This document shows, piece after piece, positions 62,827 to 64,000 of a DNA stretch of 64,000 bases; within the stretch, counting starts at the first letter, position 1, and each line of letters begins with the position of its first letter. The notes beneath the pieces are model-generated. The model did no database searches. It was not told the DNA's origin and worked only from the letters and a program-made list of their open reading frames with translations. Position numbers and translations under genes: made by a program. Origin of the DNA: Paraphysomonas bandaiensis (Eukaryota; Protista; Chrysophyceae); assembly GCA_965644295.1 (NCBI GenBank), contig CBFFRP010000400.1, positions 124,001-188,000 of the forward strand. The letters are read 5' to 3'.

Positions 62827-64000
62827 TCAGCAAAACATGAATGTAGTTTTGCCTGCAGAGAGCATATGCGCACATCTTTTCGTTCCAACAATTCTCTCTA
62901 AGGCCATTCGCTCGTACTTTGTGCATAGTACAAGACAAGAAGTGATGACATTCTGTGCTTCACCCAGCGCGTTCACAATCTCGGGATAAAAGTTAGCATA
63001 TTCGGGTAGGGAATAAAATATTAAGTGCAGTGCTCCTCTGATACGAAAACGCCTAGAATACAAAAAATTGTTAGTACTATCGCACAGATTCTAATGTACC
63101 AATTTTTCTTACCTGAAGAAATGAGAGCGTCCAGAGTAGAGTAGAATATCACGCTTTCCATGGAAAAAATAACTCCGCCCACGCGATATTTCACTCTCAC
63201 GACTGTACTCACACACAAACGCGGCACTAGCCTAAAATAATTCAACATTATATCAATAACACATATTAATGCTAATTCATATCACGTCATGATAGAAAAA
63301 AATCATTAGAAAGCCTCCAAAAACTAACCTCTCTTCGAATAAGTTCATTCCTAACTCTCACATAACTTAGATAAGAAGGCGTAACTATTAACGTGTGCGC
63401 TTGCTTGAGTCTTAACACTTGTGTCAACACGTTATCACAAAAATGAGAAAATCGTTCATTATCTTCTTCCATTAGTGAGGAGGTAGGCACAACGTAAAAG
63501 ACCTGTTTGACGCGTGCAACGACGTCACTAATACATCCTTCCGACCAATCTTTGCGCAGCCGCACTGTACCCATCATACTTTTGCCGAATTCCCGAAATG
63601 TCGACTGCAATGATGGATCGTTAAAATTTGAACTCATAATTAGCTGGCGGTGAGTATCAGAATTTCCATCAAGAAAGTATGGTCGTATCCTAGAGAAATC
63701 TACTCCATGATCAACCACGGGCAACTTGTTGGAATGCTTCAAAAGAAACTCCACGTGACTCCAATTCTGCATATAAAGTACGTCTGCCTGGTGTAAATAC
63801 ACAACCTCAAGAGAGGACAGAAAATCGCTTGGACCTTTATCCTTCGTATTCTCTATACTTAACCTTAAGCCTAACGGAGAAGCTAGAATGATGTCAGATA
63901 GGTAAAAGTCCGAATACAATCGCATATGAGCGCCTTTATAGTCGCCCATATTCTTTCCCTGGCCGGGATTGAGTTGAATTCCCAGTTTGAGATCGTCATC
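62827..64000 (-). CDS. UTP25: U3 snoRNA-associated protein 25 (DIEXF/Def), 3' part, multi-exon
   Basis: LYSDFYLSDIILASPLGLR, DFLSSLE, MQNWSHV, DFSRIR, RFRIRG, FYSLPEY..FYPE; runs off the window. Confidence 0.9.

Overview
Eukaryotic nuclear DNA with short GT-AG introns; gene content suggests a stramenopile/ochrophyte-like protist (inference). About 4-24 kb is a transposon knot. An old Ty3/gypsy copy is interrupted by an LTR of its own family, and a near-complete minus-strand copy follows. A second gag copy and an intron-containing Sola/DUF7869-like DDD transposase come next. Three kb-scale fold-back palindromes (centres ~7.80, ~15.55 and ~18.41 kb) link these pieces. The gypsy family has unusual traits: a CCCH finger in Gag, an in-frame UGA between gag and protease, IFDN at the RT active site, and TG..TA LTR ends. 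From 26 to 64 kb are host genes: a GT61-sulfotransferase fusion, DGAT2, a CDPK-like kinase, a 2OG-Fe(II)/ankyrin protein, NMT, an EGF-methyltransferase, a SCYL-like pseudokinase, an orphan and UTP25. This part also holds an intact young Ty1/copia with TA..TT termini, and a TG..CA element inside a (TACA)n microsatellite that carries the same palindrome at both ends instead of TIRs. A 39-bp minisatellite multiplies the splice donor just before the DGAT2 HPHG motif, and a ~140-bp element recurs in four gene 5' flanks. All calls were made by eye; no searches were run.
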